The notes under the pieces: model-generated
Database searches by the model: none
Told to the model about the DNA's origin: nothing
Seen by the model: the letters and a program-made list of their open reading frames with translations, nothing else
DNA from: a virus
Direction: 5' to 3' (one strand)
IMG/VR virus record: IMGVR_UViG_3300027985_000918
Coordinates: 7,482-71,481 of that record
Length of the DNA: 64,000 bases
Shown: positions 7,264 to 17,039 of the stretch, piece after piece
How positions within the stretch are numbered: position 1 is the stretch's first letter
How the letters are laid out: the number at the start of each line of letters is the position of its first letter
Position numbers and translations under genes: made by a program

Positions 7264-8523
7264 ATGCAAGTCGTCTATGCCGCCGAGGAAGCCCCGCTGA
7301 CGCTGACCAAGTCGATGTTCCTGGCGGGCCCGAGCCCCAGAGACCCCCGACACCCCAACTGGCGCAACGAGGCCCTGGAGATCCTGGATGGCCTGGGGTA
7401 CGACGGGGTCGTGTTCATCCCCCTGCCCCGGGACGGACAGTGGGACCACAGCTACATCGAGCAGGTGGACTGGGAGAATGAGTACCTGAACATGGCCGAC
7501 ACGATCGTGTTCTGGGTTCCCCGGGATCTCACCGTGGTCGAGGACGTGCCCGAGGGATCGTCCGCCGAGAAGGCCATGAGCCTCCCGGCCTTCACCACCA
7601 ACATGGAGTTCGGGTACTGGGTGACCAGCGGCAAGGCTGTCCTGGGCTGCCCCCACGGCGCCTCCAATGTCCGATACCTCCAGCATCACGCCGGCCTGGA
7701 AGCCGTCCCCATGTCCAATACATTGGAGGGCACTCTCCGCCTGGCCGTGGACAAGCTGGGGGCGGGTGCAAGTCGGATCGGAGGAGAGCGGGAGGTCCCC
7801 CTGCACATCTGGAAGCTCCCCCACTTCCAGGGCTGGTACAGGAGCCAGGTCGAAGCTGGCAACCATCTGGAAGGAGCTAAGCTCCTGTGGTCTTTCCGAG
7901 TCGGTCCGGCGAAGGGGTTCACTTTCGCCTATGCCCTCCACGTCAACGTCCACATCGCCGTCGAGGGCCGCAACAAGGTCAATGAGTTCATCTTCGGCCG
8001 TCCCGACATCACCACCATCGTGGCCTACCGTTATCCCCGTTACCTTGGGGGCAGGGTGGTCGATACGGAGGCAGTGTTCGAGGACACTGAGGTTGCCATT
8101 ATCCGGGAGTTCCGGTCCGCTGCCCGCACCCGAGACGGGTTCGTGAGAGAGTTCCCGGGCGGGTCGAGTTGGAAGCCAGAAGAGAACCCGTTCGTGACTA
8201 TGACCCATGAGCTGGAGGAAGAGACGGGGTTGGGGGAATCCGCCGGGTTCTCCATCGACCCCAGGCGCCTCCGCAAGATCGGATCCCGTCAGATCTGTGG
8301 GAGTTTGAGTGTTCACCAGGCCCACGTTTTCTCCTGTGAGCTGACCGAAACCGAGATGGGATACCTGAAGAAGCAGGAAAAGACCAACATCACCCATGGA
8401 GTCGTCGAAGAAAGTGAGCGCACTTACGTCGAAGTGCGCCTCCTGGGTGACATGCTGAAGGCGGATAACAACGACATCGACTGGTCGATGCTTGGGATGG
8501 TCCTGACTGCCATCCTCCAGTAA
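7264..8523 (+). CDS. nucleoside 2-deoxyribosyltransferase-like domain fused to Nudix hydrolase
   Basis: N-terminal MFLAGP..WR..QVDWE..ADTIVFW..TTNMEFG; C-terminal EFPGG..ELEEETG Nudix box. Confidence 0.75.
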   Translation: MQVVYAAEEAPLTLTKSMFLAGPSPRDPRHPNWRNEALEILDGLGYDGVVFIPLPRDGQWDHSYIEQVDWENEYLNMADTIVFWVPRDLTVVEDVPEGSSAEKAMSLPAFTTNMEFGYWVTSGKAVLGCPHGASNVRYLQHHAGLEAVPMSNTLEGTLRLAVDKLGAGASRIGGEREVPLHIWKLPHFQGWYRSQVEAGNHLEGAKLLWSFRVGPAKGFTFAYALHVNVHIAVEGRNKVNEFIFGRPDITTIVAYRYPRYLGGRVVDTEAVFEDTEVAIIREFRSAARTRDGFVREFPGGSSWKPEENPFVTMTHELEEETGLGESAGFSIDPRRLRKIGSRQICGSLSVHQAHVFSCELTETEMGYLKKQEKTNITHGVVEESERTYVEVRLLGDMLKADNNDIDWSMLGMVLTAILQ

Positions 8524-8529
8524 CCCCGC

Positions 8530-8877
8530 TCAATGAACCATGATAGCGCCGGGGTCCTTATACACCTTGACCACGGGGATCAGCCCGAAGACCTCCCAGC
8601 ACCTGAGACACCGGACGTGTACTACGTCCTCTTCCTCGTCCACGCCCACCATCGAGAGGGTGGGGTCCAGGTCTTGTATGCCCCCTTCGATGTCCCTCAC
8701 CTGCATCCCAACGGCCGAGAACAAATGGCTTGACTGACAGTACGGGCACTTGATCCCGAAGATCAGTGCCTGGTCTTCTTTTCCCGTCACGTCGAAGAAC
8801 ATGTTGCTGCCAACCATCTGTAACCCCATCCTACCATAGATCCGGGATAGGGTCCCCACCGGATGTGGGGATGCCAA
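8530..8877 (-). CDS. hypothetical Zn-ribbon protein
   Basis: CPYC...CLRC. Confidence 0.5.
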   Translation of the reverse strand: MASPHPVGTLSRIYGRMGLQMVGSNMFFDVTGKEDQALIFGIKCPYCQSSHLFSAVGMQVRDIEGGIQDLDPTLSMVGVDEEEDVVHVRCLRCWEVFGLIPVVKVYKDPGAIMVH

Positions 8878-8959
8878 TGGTTCGCTGCCTCATCGAAATT
8901 TGGGGTGCGCTTGGTTGGTCTCGAACAGAGGGGTATGGGATTCTGTCTTACCTCAACAA

Positions 8960-9108
8960 GAAACCGTGGTCATAGACCCCAGGTCTGAGCTTGTCGGACA
9001 GAACCTTGAAGGCGTCCTGGAGATCAGCCCACCCCGTCGGGAACAGGTCCCTCCAGAGGTGCTTGAGTTGGTACACTCCAGCATCCCAAGCCATCAAGTG
9101 CAGCTCAG
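8960..9108 (-). repeat. 149-bp near-identical copy of the 3' end of the DNA methyltransferase gene (17048..17196); gene remnant
   Basis: direct alignment; both copies encode ELHLMAWDAGVYQLKHLWRDLFPT.WADLQDAFKVLSDKLRPGVYDHGF. Confidence 0.9.
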
Positions 9109-9543
9109 TCACAGCAACTTCAGGTGGCCTGTGATGAGGTCGACGCTTTCGGATTTGGCGGGACCGATGGCAATGCAGGTGTTGGTCGGTACACCTCCAA
9201 ACTCGGTCCGCCCGGCATCCGTGATGAGGGCACAGGGGAAGCCAGCCTTTTGGGCCTTTCGGTACAATTCCAGAAGCTCTTCTTCGGAGTCCGCCCGAAC
9301 GCAGACCTTGGCGAACGATCCCTCGATCCACGTCACCATGTCAGGGGTGAGACCCTGGATCTTGAAGATGTTTTCGGTGAGGTTTTTCTGGGAATCCTCC
9401 GGGTATCTGTTCTCATCCCGTCCCAGAACTCCCCGGTCGAAGAAAACCTTCAAGGAGGCGTGCGCCCCCTGAGCGATCATTTTCCCCTTTCTCATCCCCA
9501 GGTCTGCCCTCATGACGATGACCTGTTTGACTGGATAGCTCAC
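9109..9543 (-). CDS. pth2: peptidyl-tRNA hydrolase, Pth2 family
   Basis: KQVIVMRADLGMRKGKMIAQGAHAS...DAGRTEF...T.IAIGP...ITGHLKLL; GTG start after AGGAG. Confidence 0.92.
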   Translation of the reverse strand: MSYPVKQVIVMRADLGMRKGKMIAQGAHASLKVFFDRGVLGRDENRYPEDSQKNLTENIFKIQGLTPDMVTWIEGSFAKVCVRADSEEELLELYRKAQKAGFPCALITDAGRTEFGGVPTNTCIAIGPAKSESVDLITGHLKLL

Positions 9544-9547
9544 CTTG

Positions 9548-9808
9548 TTACTCCTGCTCCGCCTCCTTAGAGGCGGCAAGTTCGACCTGGCTCGGGTCCT
9601 CAAACCTAAGGTCTTCCGAGTAGGTGAGAGGTGCCCCGCAGAGGGGGCATTCCTCGGGAAGATCTTCCCGTGAAACGGGTTCCTGAAAGAGCACGTCGAT
9701 GTCGATGTGTGGGAAAGGACAGAGCATCAATCCTCCAGAAGGGTTTCGACCCCCGGACAATTCGGGGCTGCCCGTAGAACAGCAGGACTTACAGTCGGGA
9801 CCGTCCAT
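9548..9808 (-). CDS. small hypothetical Cys-containing protein
   Basis: CPLCG motif; start uncertain. Confidence 0.4.
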   Translation of the reverse strand: MDGPDCKSCCSTGSPELSGGRNPSGGLMLCPFPHIDIDVLFQEPVSREDLPEECPLCGAPLTYSEDLRFEDPSQVELAASKEAEQE

Positions 9809-9909
9809 ATTACTTACCGTTTTGTATTCCTCTCCCTACCTGCAAGAGAAAGTACCCTGACCATACCCCGGTCTGGACACCCTATTGCTAGGAACCCCTA
9901 CATTGGGGG

Positions 9910-10542
9910 TCAGGTTTGCTGAGCACCGGCCAGAGCCTCCAGCAACCCCTTTTGGATCAGGAGGATGATCTTCAAATTCTCGTAGGCAGCGTATTGCTGG
10001 GGGAAAGCCCGCCGAGAGTTCTTGATCAGGGGGAAGAACCACTCGTCCAGCTCGGACACGTAGCTCCGCTGCTTGGCGAGAGAGAACACACCCTGCATGG
10101 TCTGAAGGTTGTGCCCCCGGTCGGCCAGCTTGACCACACTGGCAATGGGGTCCTCCGCCATCTCCGAGAAGTACATTTCGTAGGTCTTGGTCAGCCCTCC
10201 CATTTTCTTCGACAGATGCCAGACGGCCGAAGCCACCCGCTCACCGAACCGGGTGCCCAGACCTTGGCGGGTGATCGCCTCAGGGTGGTCCTCCAGAACA
10301 TCGTGCAGGAAGGCTGCCGCCAGGGTGTCCTCGGGGAACAGGAAGTTGGCCGAAAGGGTGCCTAGGAGCTGGGCTACGGAGAGCTGGTGGTTAAACTTGG
10401 GGGTCTCTTTGTCCTTGCGAAACCCCTGCTCCATCTGGCGGACGAACTCCAGGGCGTCGAGGGCTTTGTAGAACCCTTTGCCGTCAAGCCACCCCCTCAT
10501 GGTGGCGAGCTGCTTCTTGTGGCGGGCTTCGATTTCGGTCAC
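9910..10542 (-). CDS. HD-domain hydrolase, SpoT/Mesh1-like small alarmone hydrolase
   Basis: FNHQLSVA...AAFLHDVLED...VKLADRGHNL. Confidence 0.8.
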   Translation of the reverse strand: MTEIEARHKKQLATMRGWLDGKGFYKALDALEFVRQMEQGFRKDKETPKFNHQLSVAQLLGTLSANFLFPEDTLAAAFLHDVLEDHPEAITRQGLGTRFGERVASAVWHLSKKMGGLTKTYEMYFSEMAEDPIASVVKLADRGHNLQTMQGVFSLAKQRSYVSELDEWFFPLIKNSRRAFPQQYAAYENLKIILLIQKGLLEALAGAQQT

Positions 10543-10684
10543 GGCGTCACCTCCGATGGTCTGCTTGTACTACTGGAGCTGCCCCATGACGTTACCTCGG
10601 CTAACTACCCCATCCATGAAGAGCCGGACGTCAGGCCCTCGACTCTCCGGGGACGGGGGTTGTCGTGAAGAATTGGTACAATAA

Positions 10685-11212
10685 TCAAGGCTGGTAGAGC
10701 TGCTGCTCCCGGATCACTTGAAAAACCCCTAGTGGGAGGCCCACTGGGTATTCTCCCCGAGCGAGGGCCGCCCGAATGTCGGTGGAGCTGACGTGGGGGA
10801 AAGTAACGGGAGGTGTGTACCCCTCGACGGGGTAGCCCTCCCGTCCGATGTAGATGAATTCGGCCAGCTTCTGAAGGTCGTCCCACCGATACCACTTGCT
10901 TGATTCGTGGAGGAGGTCTGTGCCACCGACGACGGTGAACTCGACATCGGGGTGTTCGCTCTTGAGGTTACCCACTAGGTCGAAGGTCCGGTGCTCCGGG
11001 CGAGGGATGATTCGCACATCTCCGGGGATGTCCAGGCAAACCCAGTGGAGCATGGAGACCCGGTGCTGGATGGGGGCCAGGTCCTTGCCGAAGGCGTGCT
11101 CAATACAGGGGATGACCCACACTTGGTCGAAGCGCTCCGCCAGGAAACGGACGATATTGCCGTGACCTTGGTGAGGAGGGTTGAAGCTACCACCATAGAG
11201 GGCTACCCTCAT
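10685..11212 (-). CDS. nadD: nicotinate-nucleotide adenylyltransferase
   Basis: ALYGGSFNPPHQGH, GTD, KWYRW, VSSTDIR. Confidence 0.9.
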   Translation of the reverse strand: MRVALYGGSFNPPHQGHGNIVRFLAERFDQVWVIPCIEHAFGKDLAPIQHRVSMLHWVCLDIPGDVRIIPRPEHRTFDLVGNLKSEHPDVEFTVVGGTDLLHESSKWYRWDDLQKLAEFIYIGREGYPVEGYTPPVTFPHVSSTDIRAALARGEYPVGLPLGVFQVIREQQLYQP

Positions 11213-11421
11213 ACGAACTTTACCTCGCACCACTTCCAGGCAAAGCAGCCCCACTCATATGACCCTCCGACATCCACTTTGCAGATGCGTTCCCGGATGT
11301 TTGCGTACTCCAACCACCGGATTTCTTTGGTCCCGAAACAGCGGGGGAGCCACAAGAATTTCCGCACGGTGCGTTCGTCGCCTTCACGATCCCGGAGGGC
11401 GTACCTGCTAGGAAATCTCAA
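11209..11421 (-). CDS. hypothetical protein
   Basis: 70 aa, stop overlaps the nadD start. Confidence 0.55.
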   Translation of the reverse strand: MRFPSRYALRDREGDERTVRKFLWLPRCFGTKEIRWLEYANIRERICKVDVGGSYEWGCFAWKWCEVKFV

Positions 11422-11443
11422 TCTCTCCTCCTGTTCCGAAACC

Positions 11444-11980
11444 TTAGGCCAAGGTCAAGTAGCGGACGGGGACATGGTCAGTGAGCCAGACCCCGTTCTC
11501 CGAGCAGTAGAAGACGTGTCCATCTTTGAACATTTGTTCGGCGTTGATCTCGAAAAGGATGGGGGCTCCCGACCGTCGGCCGACGGCCGTGGCGGTGCCC
11601 TTGTCCTCGGACATGTGGACGTGGTGCCGCTGCATCTTCTGGATGCCGGTGCGGAAGATGCTCTGGACAGCTTTCTGGTACGTCCCGTGGTAGAGCCTCC
11701 GGGGCGGCTCTACCGGCTCCAGCTCCAGCTCGACTTTAACGCTGTGGCCCTGCCGGGCACGGATTTTCTGGCCGTCGTCGGACAGGGCGAACCTCTGCTT
11801 GTCGTTCTCGTTAACGGCTCGCAGCAGGTTGGGTCGGTCCATCCAGGGGACGACCTTGAGGATGTCGTCCACGGCTGCCCACCCGTGCCTGTCCAGAGTC
11901 AGGCCGATGCTCTCGGGGGAGTGCCGCAGCACCTTACTCAGAAACCGGCTGATCCTGTTGACGGGGTCTTCCTTTCTCAT
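11444..11980 (-). CDS. kptA: RNA 2'-phosphotransferase (Tpt1/KptA)
   Basis: SKVLRH, KQRF, IRARQGHS, LYHGT, RHHVHMS, NGVWLT. Confidence 0.95.
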   Translation of the reverse strand: MRKEDPVNRISRFLSKVLRHSPESIGLTLDRHGWAAVDDILKVVPWMDRPNLLRAVNENDKQRFALSDDGQKIRARQGHSVKVELELEPVEPPRRLYHGTYQKAVQSIFRTGIQKMQRHHVHMSEDKGTATAVGRRSGAPILFEINAEQMFKDGHVFYCSENGVWLTDHVPVRYLTLA

Positions 11981-12468
11981 AGGTCTCTCCAGGGGAGAGT
12001 TTCTCCTGTCTCGTGGTTCACCTCGATGTACTCGTGGATCTGGATGTCAGAGAGGGTCCCGTCGGGATGCCTCCAGTAGGAGTACGTGAACGTCCGACCC
12101 GAGGTTTCGCCCTGGCCTTTCCCGACCCCACGGTGGTTCGTCTTGCCCTCCTCGCTCATGTCGTAGAGCGTCACGAGTATCCTGTGATAAGGGATACCGC
12201 CTCTCGCCACAACAGCATCCCGCCGAGCTTTCTCCCATTCCAGAAGCTGGTCGAGGGTGACAGCTTGTGAAGGGGTAGATTCCCGGGAGAACTTCACTGG
12301 GGGCCCCTCAAGGCCCGGTTGTTCCCCCCGTAGACACCGCAGAATGAACTCTCGGCACTCCGGGCAATACCTGTCGTCGTTCAGGTCGTGCTGACACCCC
12401 ATACCAGAAGGTTGGTATTGGTATCGAGTGACACAGTGGTGGCATCTCCGCTCTTGGGATGTCGTCAT
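11977..12468 (-). CDS. hypothetical Zn-finger protein
   Basis: CHHC...CPEC; overlaps the kptA start. Confidence 0.6.
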   Translation of the reverse strand: MTTSQERRCHHCVTRYQYQPSGMGCQHDLNDDRYCPECREFILRCLRGEQPGLEGPPVKFSRESTPSQAVTLDQLLEWEKARRDAVVARGGIPYHRILVTLYDMSEEGKTNHRGVGKGQGETSGRTFTYSYWRHPDGTLSDIQIHEYIEVNHETGETLPWRDL

Positions 12469-12508
12469 GCCCAGATCCTCTCGCTTGGCCTGCACTCGTT
12501 ATAGAAGC

Positions 12509-13447
12509 TCAAACCTCGAACTCCAGCCCCCGTTCACGCAGCTTCTCATACTGATCCGGGTCGAAACGGTAGAGCTGGGCGGGCCTCCCGGCCAGGGGTT
12601 TCATCTTCTCGTCGAGAGGGACAAGCACCCCGTTGTTGATGTGGGGGAGGACCTTCTTGCGGATGGTCCTGGCATCGAGGCTCCTCCCCAGGATGATCTC
12701 ATACACCTCTTGGAGGTCCCGCAGGGTGAACTTGGGGGGAAGCAACCAGCAACCCACAGGCTGCCAGCGGAGTTTCCCTCGCAGGCGGCTGATCGCCACT
12801 TGCAGGATCTCGGCGTGGTCGAAGGCCAGCTCGGGGAGGCTGTCAACGTCGAACCACTTGAGATTCTTGGCATCATCATCGGCCCGCACCTGGACCTGGT
12901 TGGGATCCACACACCCCCAGTAGGCCACGGTGATGACCCGCCCTCGGGGATCTCGGTCAGGGCGACCGAATGTGGCAAGCTGCTCCAGATAGGCCACGTC
13001 AGAGAGGTGGGTTTCCTCCAGCAGTTCTCGGAACACCCCCTGGCGCAGGGTCTCCGTAGTGTGGACATCAACGAAGCCTCCGGGGATGGCCCAGCATCCG
13101 TAGAAGGGTTCCCCCTCCCGCCCCCGTTCGATCAGCATGACCTGGAGCTTCTTGGTCTCCCGGTTGATGCCGAAGATCACGGCGTCCGTGGTGATGTCTG
13201 CTTTGGGGTAGGCATACACGTTGGCCTGGGAGAGAAGACGCCCTAGGTTGTCCAGGATCTCCCCAGCGATCCTACGGGATTCCGGAGGGTAGCCCCCGAG
13301 GGCCTCGTTGAACTCCCCAAGCCCCAGCGTTGTGATGACCTGCTCCACCGAGGCCTCGGCGCCTTGGATGAGGGTGCCTGCTGGCCTCCGAGAAACGGTG
13401 AGGGCTCGGACTAGCCTGGTGGCGAGATTCTCCAGAAGGTGTAGCAT
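12509..13447 (-). CDS. nrtR: NrtR-like Nudix + wHTH protein
   Basis: WAIPGGFV..RELLEET, RDPRGRVITVAY, LAFDH, FTLRDLQEVYE, GRPAQLYRF. Confidence 0.85.
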   Translation of the reverse strand: MLHLLENLATRLVRALTVSRRPAGTLIQGAEASVEQVITTLGLGEFNEALGGYPPESRRIAGEILDNLGRLLSQANVYAYPKADITTDAVIFGINRETKKLQVMLIERGREGEPFYGCWAIPGGFVDVHTTETLRQGVFRELLEETHLSDVAYLEQLATFGRPDRDPRGRVITVAYWGCVDPNQVQVRADDDAKNLKWFDVDSLPELAFDHAEILQVAISRLRGKLRWQPVGCWLLPPKFTLRDLQEVYEIILGRSLDARTIRKKVLPHINNGVLVPLDEKMKPLAGRPAQLYRFDPDQYEKLRERGLEFEV

Positions 13448-13626
13448 GATCAGCGCTCCAAGAATTCCGGGTCTTCCCCGAAGAAGTAGACCCCCACGAC
13501 GTTGGAGTAGGGCCGGGACCGGAGACTCTCATCCTTCTCATCGTACAGTTTCATCCGGTCACCAATGCCATCCCGCATCATTTGGGCTCCCTGAGCTCCT
13601 TATTTGTACCCGTACACCCGCCGTAG

Positions 13627-13854
13627 TTACCCAGGGCGTAGGACCCCCGAGGTTCTGCCAGCCCAGTTCCGTACACAAACTTGCCCCATGGGGTCTCCCG
13701 GACCCCATACGAGCCCAGTTCCGGGGTTTAGGCGTCGGGTGTTGCCATTGACATTGAACTCCAGATGCTTCTTGGTGACCTTGACGACGACGTATCGGTC
13801 CGAGCCCAGAGTGAATTCTCCTCCGATGGGGAGTCTGCTGAGGTTGATGTTCAC
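13627..13854 (-). CDS. hypothetical protein
   Basis: 75 aa, coupled to the kinase stop. Confidence 0.45.
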   Translation of the reverse strand: MNINLSRLPIGGEFTLGSDRYVVVKVTKKHLEFNVNGNTRRLNPGTGLVWGPGDPMGQVCVRNWAGRTSGVLRPG

Positions 13855-15575
13855 CGGGCCTCCAAACGGTACACCCGGTCTCCCCTCCAGAAAGCCACTT
13901 TGCCCTGGTGGGTGCCGAGAACCATGTCAGTGCCGATTACCGGGTCCGAGATGATTTTGACCCCGCTGTGCCCCCGCTTGGCGGCGAACAGCTCCAGGTC
14001 TTCGTCTTCGTTGATGCACGCCACCACCCCGTTGTCCAGTACCACGAAGTTGAGACCTGCAGGGGTAATGTCCTTGATGATCCGCACGTCGTACAGGGGT
14101 TCCTGCATAGGGCGGAATGAGAAGCGATAGACCAGTCGGTCATAAGTGCCGTCCTTTTTGGCGGCCACCGTCATCAACACGTTCCTCTGGGCTCTAGCAT
14201 CCACGACTTGGGCGTACTGATCTAGCTCGGGGAGCGGGCACTGGTAGTGCTTGCCGGACTCGGGGTACAGGCTCACCCACGTCTTCCCCATGAGGTCTTG
14301 GACAGATACCCCGGGGTACAGCTTGGTGGCCCGGTTCGAGCAACCCGAAGCCTTGACGGTGGTGGGCTGGATGCGGTTCCCCAGCTCGTTCAGCTTGACC
14401 TCGTACACGCCTTCCCCAACCTTGACGTAGAACCTACCATCCACGCACATGGCCGAATCCACGGCGAGGCCCAGGCTCATTTCCCGGCGGTCCACCGTGT
14501 CGTACAGGTTGAGCCCCCCATTGACCCAGCCCACAATGGGCTTGTTGAGCCGCCCCGTGAATCCGATGCCGACGAAACGGGTGCTCGGGTCGGGGGGGTT
14601 GCTGACCCTCATGGTGTCCACAAACACTCCTTTGGAGGTAGCCGCCACTCGGACACCCAGATTTTCGGCGTATCCCAGGACCAGAGCGTCGTACAGAAAC
14701 AGCTCCGTGACCAGGGCCTGCTTCCCGCCCGCCAGGTGGCGGATGTTCGGGACCACCAGGATGGTGGCTCCGGTCAGATCTGTCGGCGGGGGGGTCCGCT
14801 GACCCTTCTCGAATACGTCTTCCAGCCATTGGCGGTAGCGGGGAGGGATCACATCGAAGGGATACACCGCCTTTGGGAGGGACACATCCGGATTGAACAC
14901 TGAGATGTGGGCAGCCATCCGCTGCTCCATCTTGTCCGACCCCACGAATTGGGGGTGCTTCCCCTTGTAGGGGTGGATGCCGATGAAGAGCTGGAGGGCC
15001 AGTACCCCGAAGCTGTACCAGTCCGAAAGCTCGGTGAAGTCCGCCCCCTTTACCTGGGGGTCCCGGATGTTCGGCATGATGACCGTGGCCGGGAAGCTGG
15101 GAGTCTGGTAGCTGTCGGTATCGATCCCGTATACCTCAGAGAAGTCCTTGGAGACCAGCCAGTTCAGCTCGTTGCAGTCCACAACCAGAATGCCGGCTTT
15201 GTGGATGCTGCTGATTCGGTCCTGGAGCTTCTTGACCAAGACCTGGATCTGGTCGGGCTTGATGTTGTTCCGGTCCCGGAACACTCGGGGAAAGAGCTGG
15301 CAGAGAACCCAGGCATCCTTGAGGAACGGCATCATGTAGCCGAGGGGTTTGCCGTGCTTGTCCACCAGCACCTTCTGGGGACGGTTGATGAAAGGGTCCT
15401 GAATCTGCTGAAGTTCGGCCAGTTTCCCAGCGGGCATCATGGTGCGTGGGTCGTGGTACAGTTTGTAGGCCATCCCCCCCTGCTCGTAGATTTCCGCCTG
15501 ACCACCCCGGGCTACGTAATCGGCTTTGGTCAGCCGAACCTCACCGCCACCCTTGATGAAAACGTTCGGCATCAA
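13851..15575 (-). CDS. Ser/Thr protein kinase, TerY-P-associated type
   Basis: ARGGQAEIY, AYKLYH, VVDCNELN, IDTDS, SDWYSFGV..GIHPYKG. Confidence 0.8.
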   Translation of the reverse strand: MMPNVFIKGGGEVRLTKADYVARGGQAEIYEQGGMAYKLYHDPRTMMPAGKLAELQQIQDPFINRPQKVLVDKHGKPLGYMMPFLKDAWVLCQLFPRVFRDRNNIKPDQIQVLVKKLQDRISSIHKAGILVVDCNELNWLVSKDFSEVYGIDTDSYQTPSFPATVIMPNIRDPQVKGADFTELSDWYSFGVLALQLFIGIHPYKGKHPQFVGSDKMEQRMAAHISVFNPDVSLPKAVYPFDVIPPRYRQWLEDVFEKGQRTPPPTDLTGATILVVPNIRHLAGGKQALVTELFLYDALVLGYAENLGVRVAATSKGVFVDTMRVSNPPDPSTRFVGIGFTGRLNKPIVGWVNGGLNLYDTVDRREMSLGLAVDSAMCVDGRFYVKVGEGVYEVKLNELGNRIQPTTVKASGCSNRATKLYPGVSVQDLMGKTWVSLYPESGKHYQCPLPELDQYAQVVDARAQRNVLMTVAAKKDGTYDRLVYRFSFRPMQEPLYDVRIIKDITPAGLNFVVLDNGVVACINEDEDLELFAAKRGHSGVKIISDPVIGTDMVLGTHQGKVAFWRGDRVYRLEAR

Positions 15576-16018
15576 ACCTCTCCCTTACCGGGGGCTCCCC
15601 CGTGCCCTTCCGTGCAGGTTACCCCATGAGGAGTGAGATACTGGGGATTGCCACAGATCGAGCAACTATCCCCTGCTGGGGGGAAGTCCTCCAGAGACGC
15701 TTGGTCCACCGCTACATCGGGATCGGGAACGTGCGCTGGAAGCACTCCGCCGTCTTGAGGGGCGAAAGCCCGGATGAATCTCCCGTCAGTGGTGAAGGCC
15801 AGGTAGATATGGCCGATGTACACCCGGATGTGCTCGGGAGCCACCAAGACGCTGCGGGTCTCCTGGCGGCGGTCATCTTCGAGGTCCCCGAACAAGGCCT
15901 CGACCTCGGGGTCCGACTCCATCGTGTAGTCGTAGTAGGCCGGCTTGACGTACTCGATGGTGGCCTTGATCCCAAACTGTTCCAGAAGGGATGTGAGGCT
16001 GTTGGGATCACGCTTCAT
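15572..16018 (-). CDS. hypothetical protein
   Basis: 148 aa, overlaps both neighbours. Confidence 0.6.
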   Translation of the reverse strand: MKRDPNSLTSLLEQFGIKATIEYVKPAYYDYTMESDPEVEALFGDLEDDRRQETRSVLVAPEHIRVYIGHIYLAFTTDGRFIRAFAPQDGGVLPAHVPDPDVAVDQASLEDFPPAGDSCSICGNPQYLTPHGVTCTEGHGGAPGKGEV

Positions 16019-17039
16019 GAGATTCCTCAGGTGCCTCCGGCAAAGCCGGAATCGGGTTCCTCACCACGTCGCCCGTCCACAAGGCGGCCATCGAGAAGTC
16101 GTCGTAATGGGACCATCCGTGGGTGGAGCAGAACTGGGACAGGAACCTCTGGCAGCGCCTCCCCACAAACCTCCCCTTGGATCCCTTGATCGCCATGCAC
16201 TGCTCAATCACCTCATGGAAAGTGACGGGGCGGATATTCCTGGTCAGGTACGTCCCCGTGATGAAGGGGCGCCCAGCCTCGACTATGACCTGGATGCTTA
16301 CGGTATCCGGCGGGATCTGGACCGCCCCGGCCATGGGCACGGGAAATTTGAACGTGTCCGACACCCTCCTCTGAAAGCTATCCGCCCCATCGGAAAACAC
16401 AGCCAGGATGTCGTATTCGGTGGGGTCCAGGAGCACGGTGGCCGCTACGTTTCCGGGGTTGTCGACCACCTGAATCAGGGGCTCTCCCTGGAGAACTCCG
16501 TCGAGATAGCGGGATACCTTGCGGGTGTTCCAAAACCCTTCCCCGTTCTGCGTGGTCCAAGTGGACCAGCGATCCGGATCTGTGGTGTAGGTCAGGTATC
16601 CTGGGGCGGAGCCACCGTTGGGGCTTTCGTAGGAGAATCTCCACGTCTCGATAGACCCGCCCCGGCGTTTGCCCGACAAAAACCCATCCCCCACCACAAC
16701 TGCCTTGACCATCCCTTCTTCGGTAGGGACGAGAACCAGGAGGGTGGCGTCAAGGCTGGTGGGGGCCATCGCCCCCGCCTGGGCGGGGGCATTGGACTTG
16801 AGGGCGATGTCGGAGGGGCGGAACGCTTCTCCCTTGGCGGTGACCTCCTGGAAGGTAGTCCAGGTCAGGATGCGAGATCCGAAGTCGGTGTCCGGGGAAC
16901 TGGAACAGCCGTCCGATACGATGGCAACGGGCAGTTTCTTGCCCTGGTGGATGACGAATGCACCACGAGCATAGTCCTCACAGATGTCATGAGTGGAGCC
17001 GATCTCCAGGTGGGCGTCGGGGTGCATAGCCATCCTCAT
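16008..17039 (-). CDS. PP2C-like protein phosphatase
   Basis: GSTH..CEDY, VSDGCSS..DFGS, DATLL, GDG, FSDG, DDFS. Confidence 0.85.
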   Translation of the reverse strand: MRMAMHPDAHLEIGSTHDICEDYARGAFVIHQGKKLPVAIVSDGCSSSPDTDFGSRILTWTTFQEVTAKGEAFRPSDIALKSNAPAQAGAMAPTSLDATLLVLVPTEEGMVKAVVVGDGFLSGKRRGGSIETWRFSYESPNGGSAPGYLTYTTDPDRWSTWTTQNGEGFWNTRKVSRYLDGVLQGEPLIQVVDNPGNVAATVLLDPTEYDILAVFSDGADSFQRRVSDTFKFPVPMAGAVQIPPDTVSIQVIVEAGRPFITGTYLTRNIRPVTFHEVIEQCMAIKGSKGRFVGRRCQRFLSQFCSTHGWSHYDDFSMAALWTGDVVRNPIPALPEAPEESHEA

